64,000 nt of DNA, taken from NCBI GenBank assembly GCA_964542245.1, contig CAZITU010000002.1, positions 9,025 to 73,024 on the forward strand. The letters are read 5' to 3'. The notes beneath the pieces are model-generated. The model searched no databases. It saw nothing but the letters and a program-made list of their open reading frames with translations, and was not told where the DNA came from. The stretch is from an uncultured Nitrospirales bacterium (GTDB lineage: Bacteria; Nitrospirota; Nitrospiria; Nitrospirales; NS-4). This document shows positions 31,511-43,516 of this stretch, piece by piece; the stretch's first letter is position 1; every line of letters starts with the position of its first letter. Made by a program: the position numbers and the translations under genes.

Positions 31511-33613
31511 CTACGACTGGGCCGAGGCATTGGGATTCGGCATCGCTTCTTTCCGGCTGAGCCGGATTTTCCCCTGCCGGTCCACATCCAACACCTTCAC
31601 CAGAAACTCGTCGCCTTCTTTCACTTCATCCGCCACAGCCTTCACCCGATGATGGGCCAACTGCGAGATATGCACCAGCCCGTCGACACCGGGAAGGACT
31701 TCGACGAACGCGCCGAAATCCATGATCTTTTTGACCTTGCCGAGGTAGAGCTTGCCGACTTCCACCTCTTCGGTAATCTGGTTCACACGCTCGATGGCCT
31801 TTTGCGCCGAGGCTTCATCGCTCGACGCGATGGTGACCGTCCCGTCATCCTGGACGTCCATCTTCACCCCGCAGGTAGCCACGATATCACGAATGACTTT
31901 GCCGCCTGGTCCGATCACCTCGCGGATCTTCTCCGTCTTGATCTTGAGGGTATAAATGCGGGGAGCGTAAGGGGACATCGAGGCTCGCGGTGCCGCAAGG
32001 CAGGCGCGCATCCGTCCGAGGATGTGCATCCGCCCCTCACGCGCCTGCGCCAAGGCCTGTTCCATCAGCTTGGCCGTGATCCCGGCGATCTTGATATCCA
32101 TTTGGAGGGCCGTCACGCCTTGCGCGGTTCCGCACACTTTGAAGTCCATGTCCCCCAGATGATCCTCAAGACCCAAAATATCGGAGAGGACCATGACCGC
32201 GTCACCTTCCTTGATCAGGCCCATCGCGATACCGGCCACGGGTTCTTTGATGGGCACGCCGGCATCCATCAACGCCAGGCTCCCGCCGCACACCGTCGCC
32301 ATGGAAGACGACCCGTTGGATTCCAGGATGTCGGAGACCAGGCGCAGGGTATAAGGAAACTCCAGCTTGGTCGGCAGGATCGACTTTAGCGCCCGCTCCG
32401 CGAGGGCGCCGTGCCCGATCTCACGACGGCCTGGTGAACGCAGCGGACGGGCCTCGCCCACGCTGAATGGGGGAAAATTGTAGTGGAGGAGGAAGGTCCG
32501 ATAATATTCGCCTTCGAGCGCGTCGATCTTTTGTTCGTCCTCGGAGGTGCCCAGGGTCACGACCGCCAAGGCTTGGGTTTCCCCGCGGGTGAAGAGAGCG
32601 GAGCCGTGCGCCCGAGGCAAAATTCCCGCCTCGCATGTGATCGGCCGGATGTCGGCGGGCCCGCGCCCGTCGGCGCGCTTGCCGTTCTCGATGATCATCT
32701 TCCGGACTTCCGTGTATTCCAGCTCGTGGAAGACCAGCTTGACGTGGCGCGTGCGGTCGGGGTCATCCTCTTTCTGAAGGGCCTCCACCGCGGTGGCCAG
32801 CACCGCATCCAACCGTTCCTGCCGGGCGGTCTTGTTCGGAATGAAGATCGCCTCCCTGATCTTTGCGGCCGTCAGCGTCTCGATCACCGCCGTTAGTTCC
32901 GGATCGATCTGCTCGGTCACCGCCGCGCGCTTGGGCTTCCCGCCTGCCGCGACGAGCCGTTGGATGGCCTCGACGACCCGCTTGATTTCCTGGTGAGCGC
33001 GTTCGATCGCAGCGATCAGGACAGCCTCCGGGAGACCGACCGCCCCCCCTTCAACCATCATTACGGCATCCGCCGTGCCGGCCACGACCAGACTCAGGTC
33101 GCACTCTTCCAACACCGCCAGCGTTGGATTGATGACAAACTCCCCGTTCAGGCGGCCTACCCGCACGGCGCCCACCGGCCCACCGAAGGGAATATTGGAA
33201 ACGGAGAGGGCCGCCGAGGCCGCGATGATGCCGATCACGTCGGAGGTTCCGGATTGATCGGCGGAGATCACCGTCGCAATCACCTGAGTTTCGAAATACC
33301 ATCCCTCCGGGAACAACGGCCTGAACGGTCGGTCGATTAACCGACTACTCAGTTTCTCCTTCTCAGACGGCTGGCCCTCGCGTTTGAAATAGCCGCCGGG
33401 AATCTTGCCCGCTGCATAGGCTTTCTCCTGGTAGTCTACCGTCAGCGGCAGGAAATCGACGTCCTTCTTGGCGGTCTGCGAGGCCACCGCGGTGGCCAGA
33501 ACATACGTATCTCCGTATGTGGCCAGGACGGCCCCATCGGCCTGCTTGGCCAGGTGCCCGGTTTCCAGTCTGAGCGTACGCCCGGCCAGTTCGAGTTCGA
33601 TGATATGCGCCAT
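31511..33613 (-). CDS. pnp: Polyribonucleotide nucleotidyltransferase (PNPase)
   Basis: Start at the ATG at 33613 (MAHIIELELAGRTL). Two RNase PH domains plus KH and S1 domains (GKLYLGKVKKIMDFGAFVEV). Confidence 0.97.
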   Translation of the reverse strand: MAHIIELELAGRTLRLETGHLAKQADGAVLATYGDTYVLATAVASQTAKKDVDFLPLTVDYQEKAYAAGKIPGGYFKREGQPSEKEKLSSRLIDRPFRPLFPEGWYFETQVIATVISADQSGTSDVIGIIAASAALSVSNIPFGGPVGAVRVGRLNGEFVINPTLAVLEECDLSLVVAGTADAVMMVEGGAVGLPEAVLIAAIERAHQEIKRVVEAIQRLVAAGGKPKRAAVTEQIDPELTAVIETLTAAKIREAIFIPNKTARQERLDAVLATAVEALQKEDDPDRTRHVKLVFHELEYTEVRKMIIENGKRADGRGPADIRPITCEAGILPRAHGSALFTRGETQALAVVTLGTSEDEQKIDALEGEYYRTFLLHYNFPPFSVGEARPLRSPGRREIGHGALAERALKSILPTKLEFPYTLRLVSDILESNGSSSMATVCGGSLALMDAGVPIKEPVAGIAMGLIKEGDAVMVLSDILGLEDHLGDMDFKVCGTAQGVTALQMDIKIAGITAKLMEQALAQAREGRMHILGRMRACLAAPRASMSPYAPRIYTLKIKTEKIREVIGPGGKVIRDIVATCGVKMDVQDDGTVTIASSDEASAQKAIERVNQITEEVEVGKLYLGKVKKIMDFGAFVEVLPGVDGLVHISQLAHHRVKAVADEVKEGDEFLVKVLDVDRQGKIRLSRKEAMPNPNASAQS

Positions 33614-33635
33614 GTCCGTTTGATTCTCCTTATGC

Positions 33636-33905
33636 CTAACGACGGATACCCAACCTCGCAATGAGAGCCTTGTACCGCTCCTCATCGTACCGACGCAGAT
33701 AATCCAGTAACCGGCGGCGGCGGCTGACCATCATCAGCAGCCCGCGCCGTGAATGGTGGTCCTTCTTGTGTCCACGGATATGCTCCGTAAGATACGCAAT
33801 ACGGTTGGTTAAGACCGCGATCTGGACCTCGGGCGAGCCGGTGTCCGTGTCATGCGTCTTGTAGTCCTGAACCAAAGTCTTCTTCGCCTCTTTTGTCAGC
33901 GCCAT
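33636..33905 (-). CDS. rpsO: 30S ribosomal protein S15
   Basis: [37 protein letters not shown]. Confidence 0.95.
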   Translation of the reverse strand: MALTKEAKKTLVQDYKTHDTDTGSPEVQIAVLTNRIAYLTEHIRGHKKDHHSRRGLLMMVSRRRRLLDYLRRYDEERYKALIARLGIRR

Positions 33906-33930
33906 GCAGTTCTACCTCCTCCGTGATGAT

Positions 33931-34959
33931 TCATGCCAGCACTTTCTCCACGCGAACCACGGTCCCGGGAGCAACCTGCTCAAATTCCTCCGCCCCGCAG
34001 GGTGCCCGGCCGATCGCCAGCAACCGCCCGCCCTGGGCATGCAGCCGTAGAGGGGCTCCCCGCACCCATCTCCCCTCCACCCGCACCACTCGGGCCGTCG
34101 GGACGGGGATGCCGTGGAGGACCTCCTCAGCCGCATCGTCGTCGAGGGTGAGCGCCGGCAGATCCGCCAAGGCGGCGGCCAGCGAATAGAGGCGCGTGCC
34201 CACGGCTTCCCGCTCCACCAACTCCGCGAGTTCATCGAGGCTGAGGGCCTCCTCGATGCGGAACCGTCCCACCTGCCGCCGCTCCAGATGGGCCAGGTGC
34301 CCCCCGACGCCCAACGCGTCCCCCATGTCGGCACAGAGCGTCCGGATATACGTTCCTTTACTGCAGACGACGTCGAATGCGACATCAAGAGTGGAAGAGG
34401 ACGTCGTGCCGCTCCCAGCTGCTTCCGAAAGCTGGGCGGGGGTAATTGACAGAATCTCCAGCCCACGGACCTTACATTCTCGGGACGTCCGGGTCACGGT
34501 CTGACCGGCCCGGGCCGATTTGTACAACGGAACGCCCTTGACTTTGACCGCGGAATACATCGGGGGCACCTGCCGGTGAATCCCCACAAAGCGACTCATC
34601 ACCGTTCTGATCGTGGCCTCATCGGGCAGAGGACCCACGTTCCGACCGACCACGGACCCGGTCGCATCCTGGGTATCGGTCGAAACCCCGAGACGCAGCA
34701 CTGCCCGGTAAGCCTTGTCGGTGTTCATGAGGTACTCCGCAATCCGGGTAGCCTTCCCGATGCACAGCAGAAGAACGCCGGTCGCGGACGGATCCAGGGT
34801 GCCCGTGTGGCCGACCTTGCGGACACGCAAGAGAGCCCGCGCTTTGGCCACGACATCATGAGATGTCCAACCGGGCGGCTTGTCGAGGACCAACACACCA
34901 TCCAGGGCCAAGCCGACCTGGCGTTCAGATTGATTAACCACCCCCACGTCAGACCCCAC
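33931..34959 (-). CDS. truB: tRNA pseudouridine55 synthase TruB
   Basis: GVLVLDKPPGWTSHDVV, GHTGTLDPSATGVL, and a C-terminal PUA-like region. Confidence 0.92.
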   Translation of the reverse strand: MGSDVGVVNQSERQVGLALDGVLVLDKPPGWTSHDVVAKARALLRVRKVGHTGTLDPSATGVLLLCIGKATRIAEYLMNTDKAYRAVLRLGVSTDTQDATGSVVGRNVGPLPDEATIRTVMSRFVGIHRQVPPMYSAVKVKGVPLYKSARAGQTVTRTSRECKVRGLEILSITPAQLSEAAGSGTTSSSTLDVAFDVVCSKGTYIRTLCADMGDALGVGGHLAHLERRQVGRFRIEEALSLDELAELVEREAVGTRLYSLAAALADLPALTLDDDAAEEVLHGIPVPTARVVRVEGRWVRGAPLRLHAQGGRLLAIGRAPCGAEEFEQVAPGTVVRVEKVLA

Positions 34960-35332
34960 CCACCGCCCCTTCGCTTGAGGCCTCGTGTTTCGGGCGCAAC
35001 TCGTCGAGCAGGTGCAGAACCCGCGACACCCGGTCTACCGAGGTGTCCTTTACAAAGGTCAACTCTGGAACGTACCGGAGCTTCAGCCGCCGACCCAACT
35101 CGCCCCTGATAAAACCACCGGCCCGAGCCAATGCGGCCATGGTGTCGGCCTCTTGGGCGCCCTCCTGTAGAACCGTGAGGTACACCCACGCATGCTTCAG
35201 GTCCGAGGTCACATCCACGGCCGTTACGGTCACGAAGCCGACACGCGGGTCCTTGACCCGGCGCATCAAGATGTCGGCGATCTCCATTCGGATCTGGTCT
35301 CCGACACGGTCCGTCCGCTTATGCCCGGGCAT
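34949..35332 (-). CDS. rbfA: Ribosome-binding factor A
   Basis: RVGDQIRMEIADILMRRVKDPRVGFVTVT. Confidence 0.92.
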   Translation of the reverse strand: MPGHKRTDRVGDQIRMEIADILMRRVKDPRVGFVTVTAVDVTSDLKHAWVYLTVLQEGAQEADTMAALARAGGFIRGELGRRLKLRYVPELTFVKDTSVDRVSRVLHLLDELRPKHEASSEGAVGGV

Positions 35333-35335
35333 CGG

Positions 35336-35617
35336 TTACATCAGCTCCACGTGATGTTGCACGAGCTCGACGGAAGGGTTCGCGCGGACGACGTTGAGCA
35401 CCGCATCCAGAACCTGGTTGACATGATGCCCGTCATTCGCCACGCAGGCCACCCCCAACACCGACCGTTGCCAGAGATCGTTGCCGTCAACTTCCGCAAC
35501 GGACACATTGAACTTTCCCCGGAGGCGTTCCTTCAGGCTCAAAAGTACCTGCCGTTTGCCCTTGAGCGACCCGACACCCGGCAGATGCAGATCGATCGTG
35601 CAGACGCCGACAACCAT
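35336..35617 (-). CDS. DUF503 (YlxP-like) protein
   Basis: Start at the internal ATG at 35617 (MVVGVCTIDLHLPGVGSLKGKRQV). Sits in the conserved position between infB and rbfA. The longer ORF-track version overlaps infB. Confidence 0.8.
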   Translation of the reverse strand: MVVGVCTIDLHLPGVGSLKGKRQVLLSLKERLRGKFNVSVAEVDGNDLWQRSVLGVACVANDGHHVNQVLDAVLNVVRANPSVELVQHHVELM

Positions 35618-35627
35618 TGGGGGGAGA

Positions 35628-38207
<2,580 letters not shown>

Positions 38208-38226
38208 GCCCTACACTCACTTGATT

Positions 38227-39453
38227 CTACCCCGTGGCTGCCCCGGCGTGCCCGCCCTCGATCGGATGGTCCGCCTCGACCGTCTCGTTCCCGTTGGCGT
38301 CGTTACCGTCCTGCTCCGCGGTCGCTGCAGCCGAGTCCGCTTCAACCATCCGAGCGTGTTGATCTTGCAACTGCTGCGCGATGGCGGCGCGAGTTTCTTG
38401 GTCCCGCACGATCTTTTCCTTCTCGTACTCGCTGGAGCCGATGATGTCGATCTTCCATCCGGTCAGCTTGGCGGCGAGCCGCACGTTCTGCCCGTTGCGC
38501 CCGATGGCCAGGGAAAGCTGGTTGTCGGCGACCACCACAAGCGCCGACTTCTTTTCTTCGTCCACGCCGACCTTTTCGATGACGGCGGGGTTCAAGGCCT
38601 CCGCGATAAACACCCGCGGGTCGGGGGTCCACGCGATGATATCGATCTTCTCGCCCCGCAACTCGCGCACCACGGCTTGGACACGCGATCCCTTCATCCC
38701 CACACAGGCCCCGACCGGATCAACGGCGCGATCACGGGACACCACGGCGATCTTGGTCCGATCGCCGGGCTCGCGCACCACGGCCTTGATCTCCAGAATC
38801 TTTTCAGCGATCTCGGGAACTTCCATCTGAAACAGCTTGATGATGAAGTTCGGATGGGTGCGGGAGAGAATCACCTGCACATCGCGAAGAGTCCGTTTGA
38901 CCTCGAGAAGGTAGGCCTTGATCCGGTCCCCGCGCCGGTAGGTCTCGCGTGGTATCTGCTCGTGCGCCGGCAAGATCGCTTCCGTCTTGCCCAGATCCAC
39001 GATGTAGTTGCGTCGTTCCTGGCCCAGGATGATTCCGGTGACCAAATCACCCTGCCGCGCCGAATACTCTCTGAGAACGACCTCCCATTCGGCCTCGCGA
39101 ACTTTCTGAAAGATCACCTGCTTGGCGGTCTGCGCGGCAATACGACCAAATTCCTCCGTCTCAATCATGGACCCAATCTCGTCGCCTAGTTCGGCCTCGC
39201 TGTCCACCTTGCGGGCCTCTTCCAGCGCGACCTCGGATTTGGGGTTGGTCACCTGAGACACGATCTTCTTCAGCGAGATGGCCTCGATCTCACCACTCTT
39301 ACGGTCAATCTTGACCTGAATATTCTCCGCCGCCCCGTACCGCTTCTTGGCAGCGGTGAGCAAGGCGGCTTCCACGGCCTCAAAGATGCGTCCCGCGTCA
39401 ATGCCCTTTTCCCGCCCGATTTGCTCGATGACTGTGAGGAGTTCACGCCCCAT
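38227..39453 (-). CDS. nusA: Transcription termination/antitermination factor NusA
   Basis: Start at the ATG at 39453 (MGRELLTVIEQIGREKGI). S1 domain and two KH domains. The acidic, low-complexity C-terminal tail replaces the AR repeats. Confidence 0.95.
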   Translation of the reverse strand: MGRELLTVIEQIGREKGIDAGRIFEAVEAALLTAAKKRYGAAENIQVKIDRKSGEIEAISLKKIVSQVTNPKSEVALEEARKVDSEAELGDEIGSMIETEEFGRIAAQTAKQVIFQKVREAEWEVVLREYSARQGDLVTGIILGQERRNYIVDLGKTEAILPAHEQIPRETYRRGDRIKAYLLEVKRTLRDVQVILSRTHPNFIIKLFQMEVPEIAEKILEIKAVVREPGDRTKIAVVSRDRAVDPVGACVGMKGSRVQAVVRELRGEKIDIIAWTPDPRVFIAEALNPAVIEKVGVDEEKKSALVVVADNQLSLAIGRNGQNVRLAAKLTGWKIDIIGSSEYEKEKIVRDQETRAAIAQQLQDQHARMVEADSAAATAEQDGNDANGNETVEADHPIEGGHAGAATG

Positions 39454-39475
39454 ATTCACGCGTCTCCGGATTCCG

Positions 39476-40042
39476 TCAAAATTCGACTTCCAGCCTGGCC
39501 TCCACGATCTCTGCCAATGGGAGTGCGACGATCTGCGTCTCGCCCTCCCCACGCCGCCCGGGGAGCAGCGCTTCCACCCTTACCTGGCTTCCTTGCAGTT
39601 GCTGAATCCTCCCGATCAGCACTGACTGCCCCAAAATCGGTTTGATCAGTTTGAACCGTGCCAACCGTCCCCGAAAACGATCATACTCACTCGCTTTCCG
39701 GATCGGACGGTCCAACCCCGGCGACGACACTTCCAGCAAGTACGCGTGTGAAATTGGATCTTCCACATCCAGCGCATGCCCAAGCAGGAGGTGGGCCCGC
39801 TCGCAATCCTCAATGGAAATGCCCCCGCTTGCTCCCCCGTCCTCCGGCATCCGTTCGATCACGACCCGGACCAGGGATTTCGGGTCGCGTCCCCGTACCT
39901 CCACATCGACGAGTGCCAACCCGAGTGAGGCAAGGATCGGCTCCACGATCCGCCCGACTGCGGAGCGAACCGTTTCAGACGCTCGGGCGGATCCTGGGGG
40001 AACGCCTTCGGTCAGCCCGTCAGGGTGGTTTCGACCCGCCAT
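39476..40042 (-). CDS. rimP: Ribosome maturation factor RimP
   Basis: IVEPILASLGLALVDVEV...YLLEVSSPGLDRPI. Lies first in the nusA-infB operon. Confidence 0.85.
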   Translation of the reverse strand: MAGRNHPDGLTEGVPPGSARASETVRSAVGRIVEPILASLGLALVDVEVRGRDPKSLVRVVIERMPEDGGASGGISIEDCERAHLLLGHALDVEDPISHAYLLEVSSPGLDRPIRKASEYDRFRGRLARFKLIKPILGQSVLIGRIQQLQGSQVRVEALLPGRRGEGETQIVALPLAEIVEARLEVEF

Positions 40043-40120
40043 GAAACGAAAAAAGTGGGTTTTGGCCCACTTTCCAGGTGCCTACCCTACCACAAACAAT
40101 TACGATAAAGCAAGGGGTAA

Positions 40121-40960
40121 CTAGGCGTGCGAATCACCAAAACGGCTCATGAGGAGGCCGGTCACACGGCCCGTGGTCCCAGTTCCGATCCGGCGACCGT
40201 TGACTCGCACGACAGGCAGCACTTCGATCGTCGTCCCCGTCAAGAAGACCTCGTCGGCGGCGAAAAGGTCGGCCTCTGTCACCCTCTGTTCTTTGACTGG
40301 GATGCCCGCCGCCTGGGCCAATGCCAGCACCACCTGTCGCGTCACCCCGGATAAGAGCCACGGTCCCTCCGGTGGAGTTACGAGGGTCGCCCCTTGCACA
40401 ACCATCACGTTGCTTGTCGTGCCCTCCAGAACGCACCCGTCACGCACGAACAACGCCTCAAACGCTCCGGCGTCGCGAGCCTGCTGTTTCGCTAGGACAT
40501 TGGCGAGAAGGCAAACCGACTTGATGTCGCATCGAGTCCATCGGATATCGGGCACGGTCACCACGCTCGCGCCACCGGCATAGAAGGCAGCACCCGGAGG
40601 GACTAAAGCGCGGACCGTCAATACAACCGTTGGCTTCAAGGGTCCGCTGACGACATGGTCCCGCGGGCTGACCCCGCGGGTCACCTGAATATAGACCTTT
40701 GCTGCGGGATGACCGCTTCGCGTAACGGCCTCGGAAACCAACGCCGCCCACTGTTCCCGGGTGTAAGGCAAAGGAATCCCCAAGGCAGCCGCACTCCGAT
40801 CGAGTCGCGCAAAGTGCTCCGCAGGCCGGTAGGGAACCCCGGCGTAAACGCGCAAAAGCTCGTACACCCCGTCACCGAACTGAAATCCCCTGTCCTCGAC
40901 CGAGACATGGGCCTCGGATAGGGGCATGAAGGCATCATTGACGAAGGCGATATCAGGCAC
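40121..40960 (-). CDS. Class IV (fold-type IV) aminotransferase, D-amino-acid transaminase-like
   Basis: RGFQFGDGVYE, RCDIKSVCLLANVLAKQQA (candidate PLP lysine), LEGTTSNV. Confidence 0.75.
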   Translation of the reverse strand: MPDIAFVNDAFMPLSEAHVSVEDRGFQFGDGVYELLRVYAGVPYRPAEHFARLDRSAAALGIPLPYTREQWAALVSEAVTRSGHPAAKVYIQVTRGVSPRDHVVSGPLKPTVVLTVRALVPPGAAFYAGGASVVTVPDIRWTRCDIKSVCLLANVLAKQQARDAGAFEALFVRDGCVLEGTTSNVMVVQGATLVTPPEGPWLLSGVTRQVVLALAQAAGIPVKEQRVTEADLFAADEVFLTGTTIEVLPVVRVNGRRIGTGTTGRVTGLLMSRFGDSHA

Positions 40961-40981
40961 CCCTGGGTCTCATGCAATCGG

Positions 40982-41320
40982 TTACCGGGGTCCATCCTCG
41001 CCGCCGACCGTCACAACGTACACGCGACGGTCCTCGGCCGTAAACTTCCACCCCATCCGCTTCTCGAACACGATCCGATGGACGCCGGGTTTGAGCGCGC
41101 GAAACTCGAAGGCGCGTTTCCCGGAGTCCACGGCGTTCGCGCTCTCACCGATCGTGCGCTCATAATCGTCGTTGACCAAAGACAGCACCTCAGCCTCATA
41201 GGAGGGAACGTAAATCTCCCCCCGGGTCCGGTCTTCCCACAACCGGATGGTGATAGTCGTCCCCACGCGGGTCTCCAGAGCCTTTTCCTGTCTCCAGCCT
41301 TCACCGGTCATGACGGACAT
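40982..41320 (-). CDS. Chagasin-family (I42) cysteine-peptidase inhibitor-like protein, no signal peptide
   Basis: 112 aa. TTITIRLWEDRTRGEIY...RAFEFRALKPGVHRIVFEKRMGW follows the I42 beta-sandwich pattern. Confidence 0.55.
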   Translation of the reverse strand: MSVMTGEGWRQEKALETRVGTTITIRLWEDRTRGEIYVPSYEAEVLSLVNDDYERTIGESANAVDSGKRAFEFRALKPGVHRIVFEKRMGWKFTAEDRRVYVVTVGGEDGPR

Positions 41321-41371
41321 CGAGGGTTCCTTACAAAAGGTGCGGTATCTTACGAGAGACGACGGGGAGAG

Positions 41372-41854
41372 TCAAAGCCGCAATGTAAACCGAAGGTCAG
41401 CCCCTAAAGCCAGCCGTTCCCGCCGTACGAACCCGGCGTGAGTTTCGATAACATAGCGCGCCTTCTCTTGAGGCGGGCCGTAACTCGGACATGTCTCGCT
41501 CAGGCATGGCTTGGCGTCCTCCGTGATCAGCAGGACGCGCTTGGCTTCATCGAGCCAGATGATGTCCACAGGGAACCGATATTGGCGTGTGTTTCGGCGA
41601 TGAAAATCCGCTCGCTCGAAGATGAACAGCATCCCCCGGTCAGAGGGGAGGGAATCCCGGAAGGCGAGCCCGGAGATCAGCATCAGCGGTCTGTCGCTGT
41701 CGGCGATTTCTACGTGCAGTTGGGCTCCGGACGGAAATGTGACCACCATGGACTCCGAACCTTGATTGGTCGTCATAAAATAGCTGCCTGCCATCAGCAA
41801 GGCAAGCGCGAGGAAAGCCAGCACGCCAAACCGGGTCGCTTGTGACTTCTCCAT
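41372..41854 (-). CDS. DUF192 domain protein with N-terminal membrane anchor/signal
   Basis: RGMLFIF...FHRRNTRQYRFPVDIIWLDEAKRVLLI...YVIETHAGF matches the DUF192 pattern. Confidence 0.7.
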   Translation of the reverse strand: MEKSQATRFGVLAFLALALLMAGSYFMTTNQGSESMVVTFPSGAQLHVEIADSDRPLMLISGLAFRDSLPSDRGMLFIFERADFHRRNTRQYRFPVDIIWLDEAKRVLLITEDAKPCLSETCPSYGPPQEKARYVIETHAGFVRRERLALGADLRFTLRL

Positions 41855-41983
41855 GAGTTCAGCCCGTCCAGAAAGTCCAGCCCCCGGTAAGGTGACGAGG
41901 CCTCGGGGACGAGGAAGCTAAATTAGGGCTTTTGTGCCTATAAAAACAGGCCTTCAGGCCTATGTCAATCGCCAAAAATCACG

Positions 41984-42013
41984 TTGACAACCCCCTTGGA
42001 GGCCTTTTAGAAT
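41984..42013 (+). promoter_or_regulatory. Candidate sigma70-type promoter for the ferredoxin gene
   Basis: TTGACA (41984-41989), 18-nt spacer, TAGAAT (42008-42013), about 80 nt upstream of the ATG at 42096. Confidence 0.4.
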
Positions 42014-42095
42014 GAGCTTTGCTTTTATCATATTTCTCTTGAGAGAGTAAGGAGCGCCGTCGCGTTACTGTACGCTAGAAGAAGGAGGCGAGTGT

Positions 42096-42443
42096 ATGGC
42101 GTTACTCATAACCGATGAATGTATTTCATGTGGGGCCTGCCTCCCCGAGTGTCCCAACGAGGCTATTTTCGAGACCCGGAGCGATGCCGAGTCAAAGGGC
42201 AACCATGTCGGAGACGGCCAAGGCGTCGGCGACAGCATATACGTTATCACCCACGAGCGATGCACGGAATGCGTGGGGCACTTCGACGAGCCCCAGTGCG
42301 CGGCGGTTTGCCCGGTGGACAATTGCTGCATCTCGGATCCGACCTACCCGGAAGCAACGCAGGTTCTCCTTGAACGGGCCAAGAGGTTGAACCCAGATAA
42401 GGCCATTGATGAAAACAAAGTCTGGAGCGGCGTGCGCAACTAA
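42096..42443 (+). CDS. 2x[4Fe-4S] dicluster ferredoxin (YfhL-like, with insertion and C-terminal extension)
   Basis: CISCGACLPECP and CTECVGHFDEPQCAAVCP cysteine clusters. GAAGGAGG RBS. Confidence 0.85.
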   Translation: MALLITDECISCGACLPECPNEAIFETRSDAESKGNHVGDGQGVGDSIYVITHERCTECVGHFDEPQCAAVCPVDNCCISDPTYPEATQVLLERAKRLNPDKAIDENKVWSGVRN

Positions 42444-42467
42444 CTCACCGTGTCTCTCTAGCCATAG

Positions 42468-42514
42468 AGAAGCCCCCTCTTCCTCGCATCAGGAAGAGGG
42501 GGCTTCTTTGTTTT
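42468..42514 (+). terminator. Rho-independent terminator after the ferredoxin gene
   Basis: Perfect 17-bp stem, AGAAGCCCCCTCTTCCT (42468-42484) with AGGAAGAGGGGGCTTCT (42491-42507), and a 6-nt loop. Followed by TTGTTTT. Confidence 0.8.
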
Positions 42515-42533
42515 CACCAACCGCTTGTGTTCT

Positions 42534-42911
42534 CTATTTCACGATGACGATCGAGCCGCCCACGTGCCCCGGGTGCAAGTGGCAGTAAAACTTGTACACG
42601 GAGAGCGCCTGATCGAGGTCGCCCATGGGGACCGACACCGTCACTTCCTCGCCCGGTTTGACGACCTGCTTGACCTTCATTGCATCAATGGCGAACCCGT
42701 GGTCTGCATCCATCTTATTAATCAGCTTGAACACGAGAGGCCCGGCCGTCCGCTGGCCTGACCGCAATTCCACATCGCCCCCGCCAAGCCAAAACTTGGC
42801 GCCCTGAATCTCCACTGCGACGAATTTACCATCCTGCGCCTGCGCAGGCGTTCCCGACAAGAATCCGATCGCGATGAACAAGAGCATCAACAACAGAGTC
42901 AACTTCTTCAT
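42534..42911 (-). CDS. Secreted single-domain cupredoxin-like protein
   Basis: Signal peptide MKKLTLLLMLLFIAIGFLSGTPAQA. Contains DADHGFAI and the C-terminal YKFYCHLHPGHVGGSIVIV, a type-1-copper-like Cys/His loop. Confidence 0.65.
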   Translation of the reverse strand: MKKLTLLLMLLFIAIGFLSGTPAQAQDGKFVAVEIQGAKFWLGGGDVELRSGQRTAGPLVFKLINKMDADHGFAIDAMKVKQVVKPGEEVTVSVPMGDLDQALSVYKFYCHLHPGHVGGSIVIVK

Positions 42912-43004
42912 ACAGGCTTCCTCCTTTGGTTTTGCTTATCAACAGAAAGATGTGGTTGTGATGAAATCGGGTCGGGTGCACGACACCGGAGGATGCTTGC
43001 TGGT

Positions 43005-43415
43005 CTAAAGCGTGCCCCAGTTTTTAAAATAGCGCAGCAGATCTCGAACCGACAGAATTCCAACTATTTTGCCATCTTCCGTCACGACTAAGTGCCGGAT
43101 GTGCCGTTCCGCCATCAGATCGCTCGCTTCGTGGGCCGAACGGTCGATCTCGATGGTGATGATCGGAGCCATCATCACCTCTGAAACACGGACGCGTCGG
43201 GCGTCCCCCTCCCCAGCCAAGACCTTGCGGACCAAGTCGGTCTCACTGACCACGCCGATGTACCGAGAGCCCTCGGCCACCAGAAGCGCGCCGACCCGAG
43301 CGTCCCGCATGGTCCGAGCAGCCTCGACGACTAGCGCAGTGGGGAGCACGCTCAGGATCTGCCGGCTCATCATTACCGCCAGCGGTCTCTGGATGGCCGA
43401 TCCCCCCATGACCAT
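43005..43415 (-). CDS. CBS-pair domain protein
   Basis: Two CBS repeats (VGALLV..GVVSETDLV and IRHLVVTEDGKIVGILSVRDLL). The start may be the internal MMSRQIL. Confidence 0.8.
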   Translation of the reverse strand: MVMGGSAIQRPLAVMMSRQILSVLPTALVVEAARTMRDARVGALLVAEGSRYIGVVSETDLVRKVLAGEGDARRVRVSEVMMAPIITIEIDRSAHEASDLMAERHIRHLVVTEDGKIVGILSVRDLLRYFKNWGTL

Positions 43416-43448
43416 GACGGGCGGATTCTAGAGGAGCCTCCGTCCGCA

Positions 43449-43476
43449 GTCAATAGGGCAGGGCATGTGCTATACT
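43449..43476 (+). promoter_or_regulatory. Candidate extended -10 promoter for ugd
   Basis: TGcTATACT (43468-43476) with GTCAAT 16 nt upstream (43449-43454). Lies 40 nt upstream of the GTG at 43517. Confidence 0.35.
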
Positions 43477-43516
43477 CCACTGCAATGCGAGGCGCTATAG
43501 GACTGGAGGCGGACAC

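Noticed and set aside
41950-41966. Short hairpin AGGCC-TTCA-GGCCT followed on the minus strand by GTTTTTA, resembling a terminator
   Set aside because: It has only a 5-bp stem. It lies upstream of the divergent DUF192 and ferredoxin genes, where no minus-strand transcript needs terminating. It is probably fortuitous or part of the promoter region.
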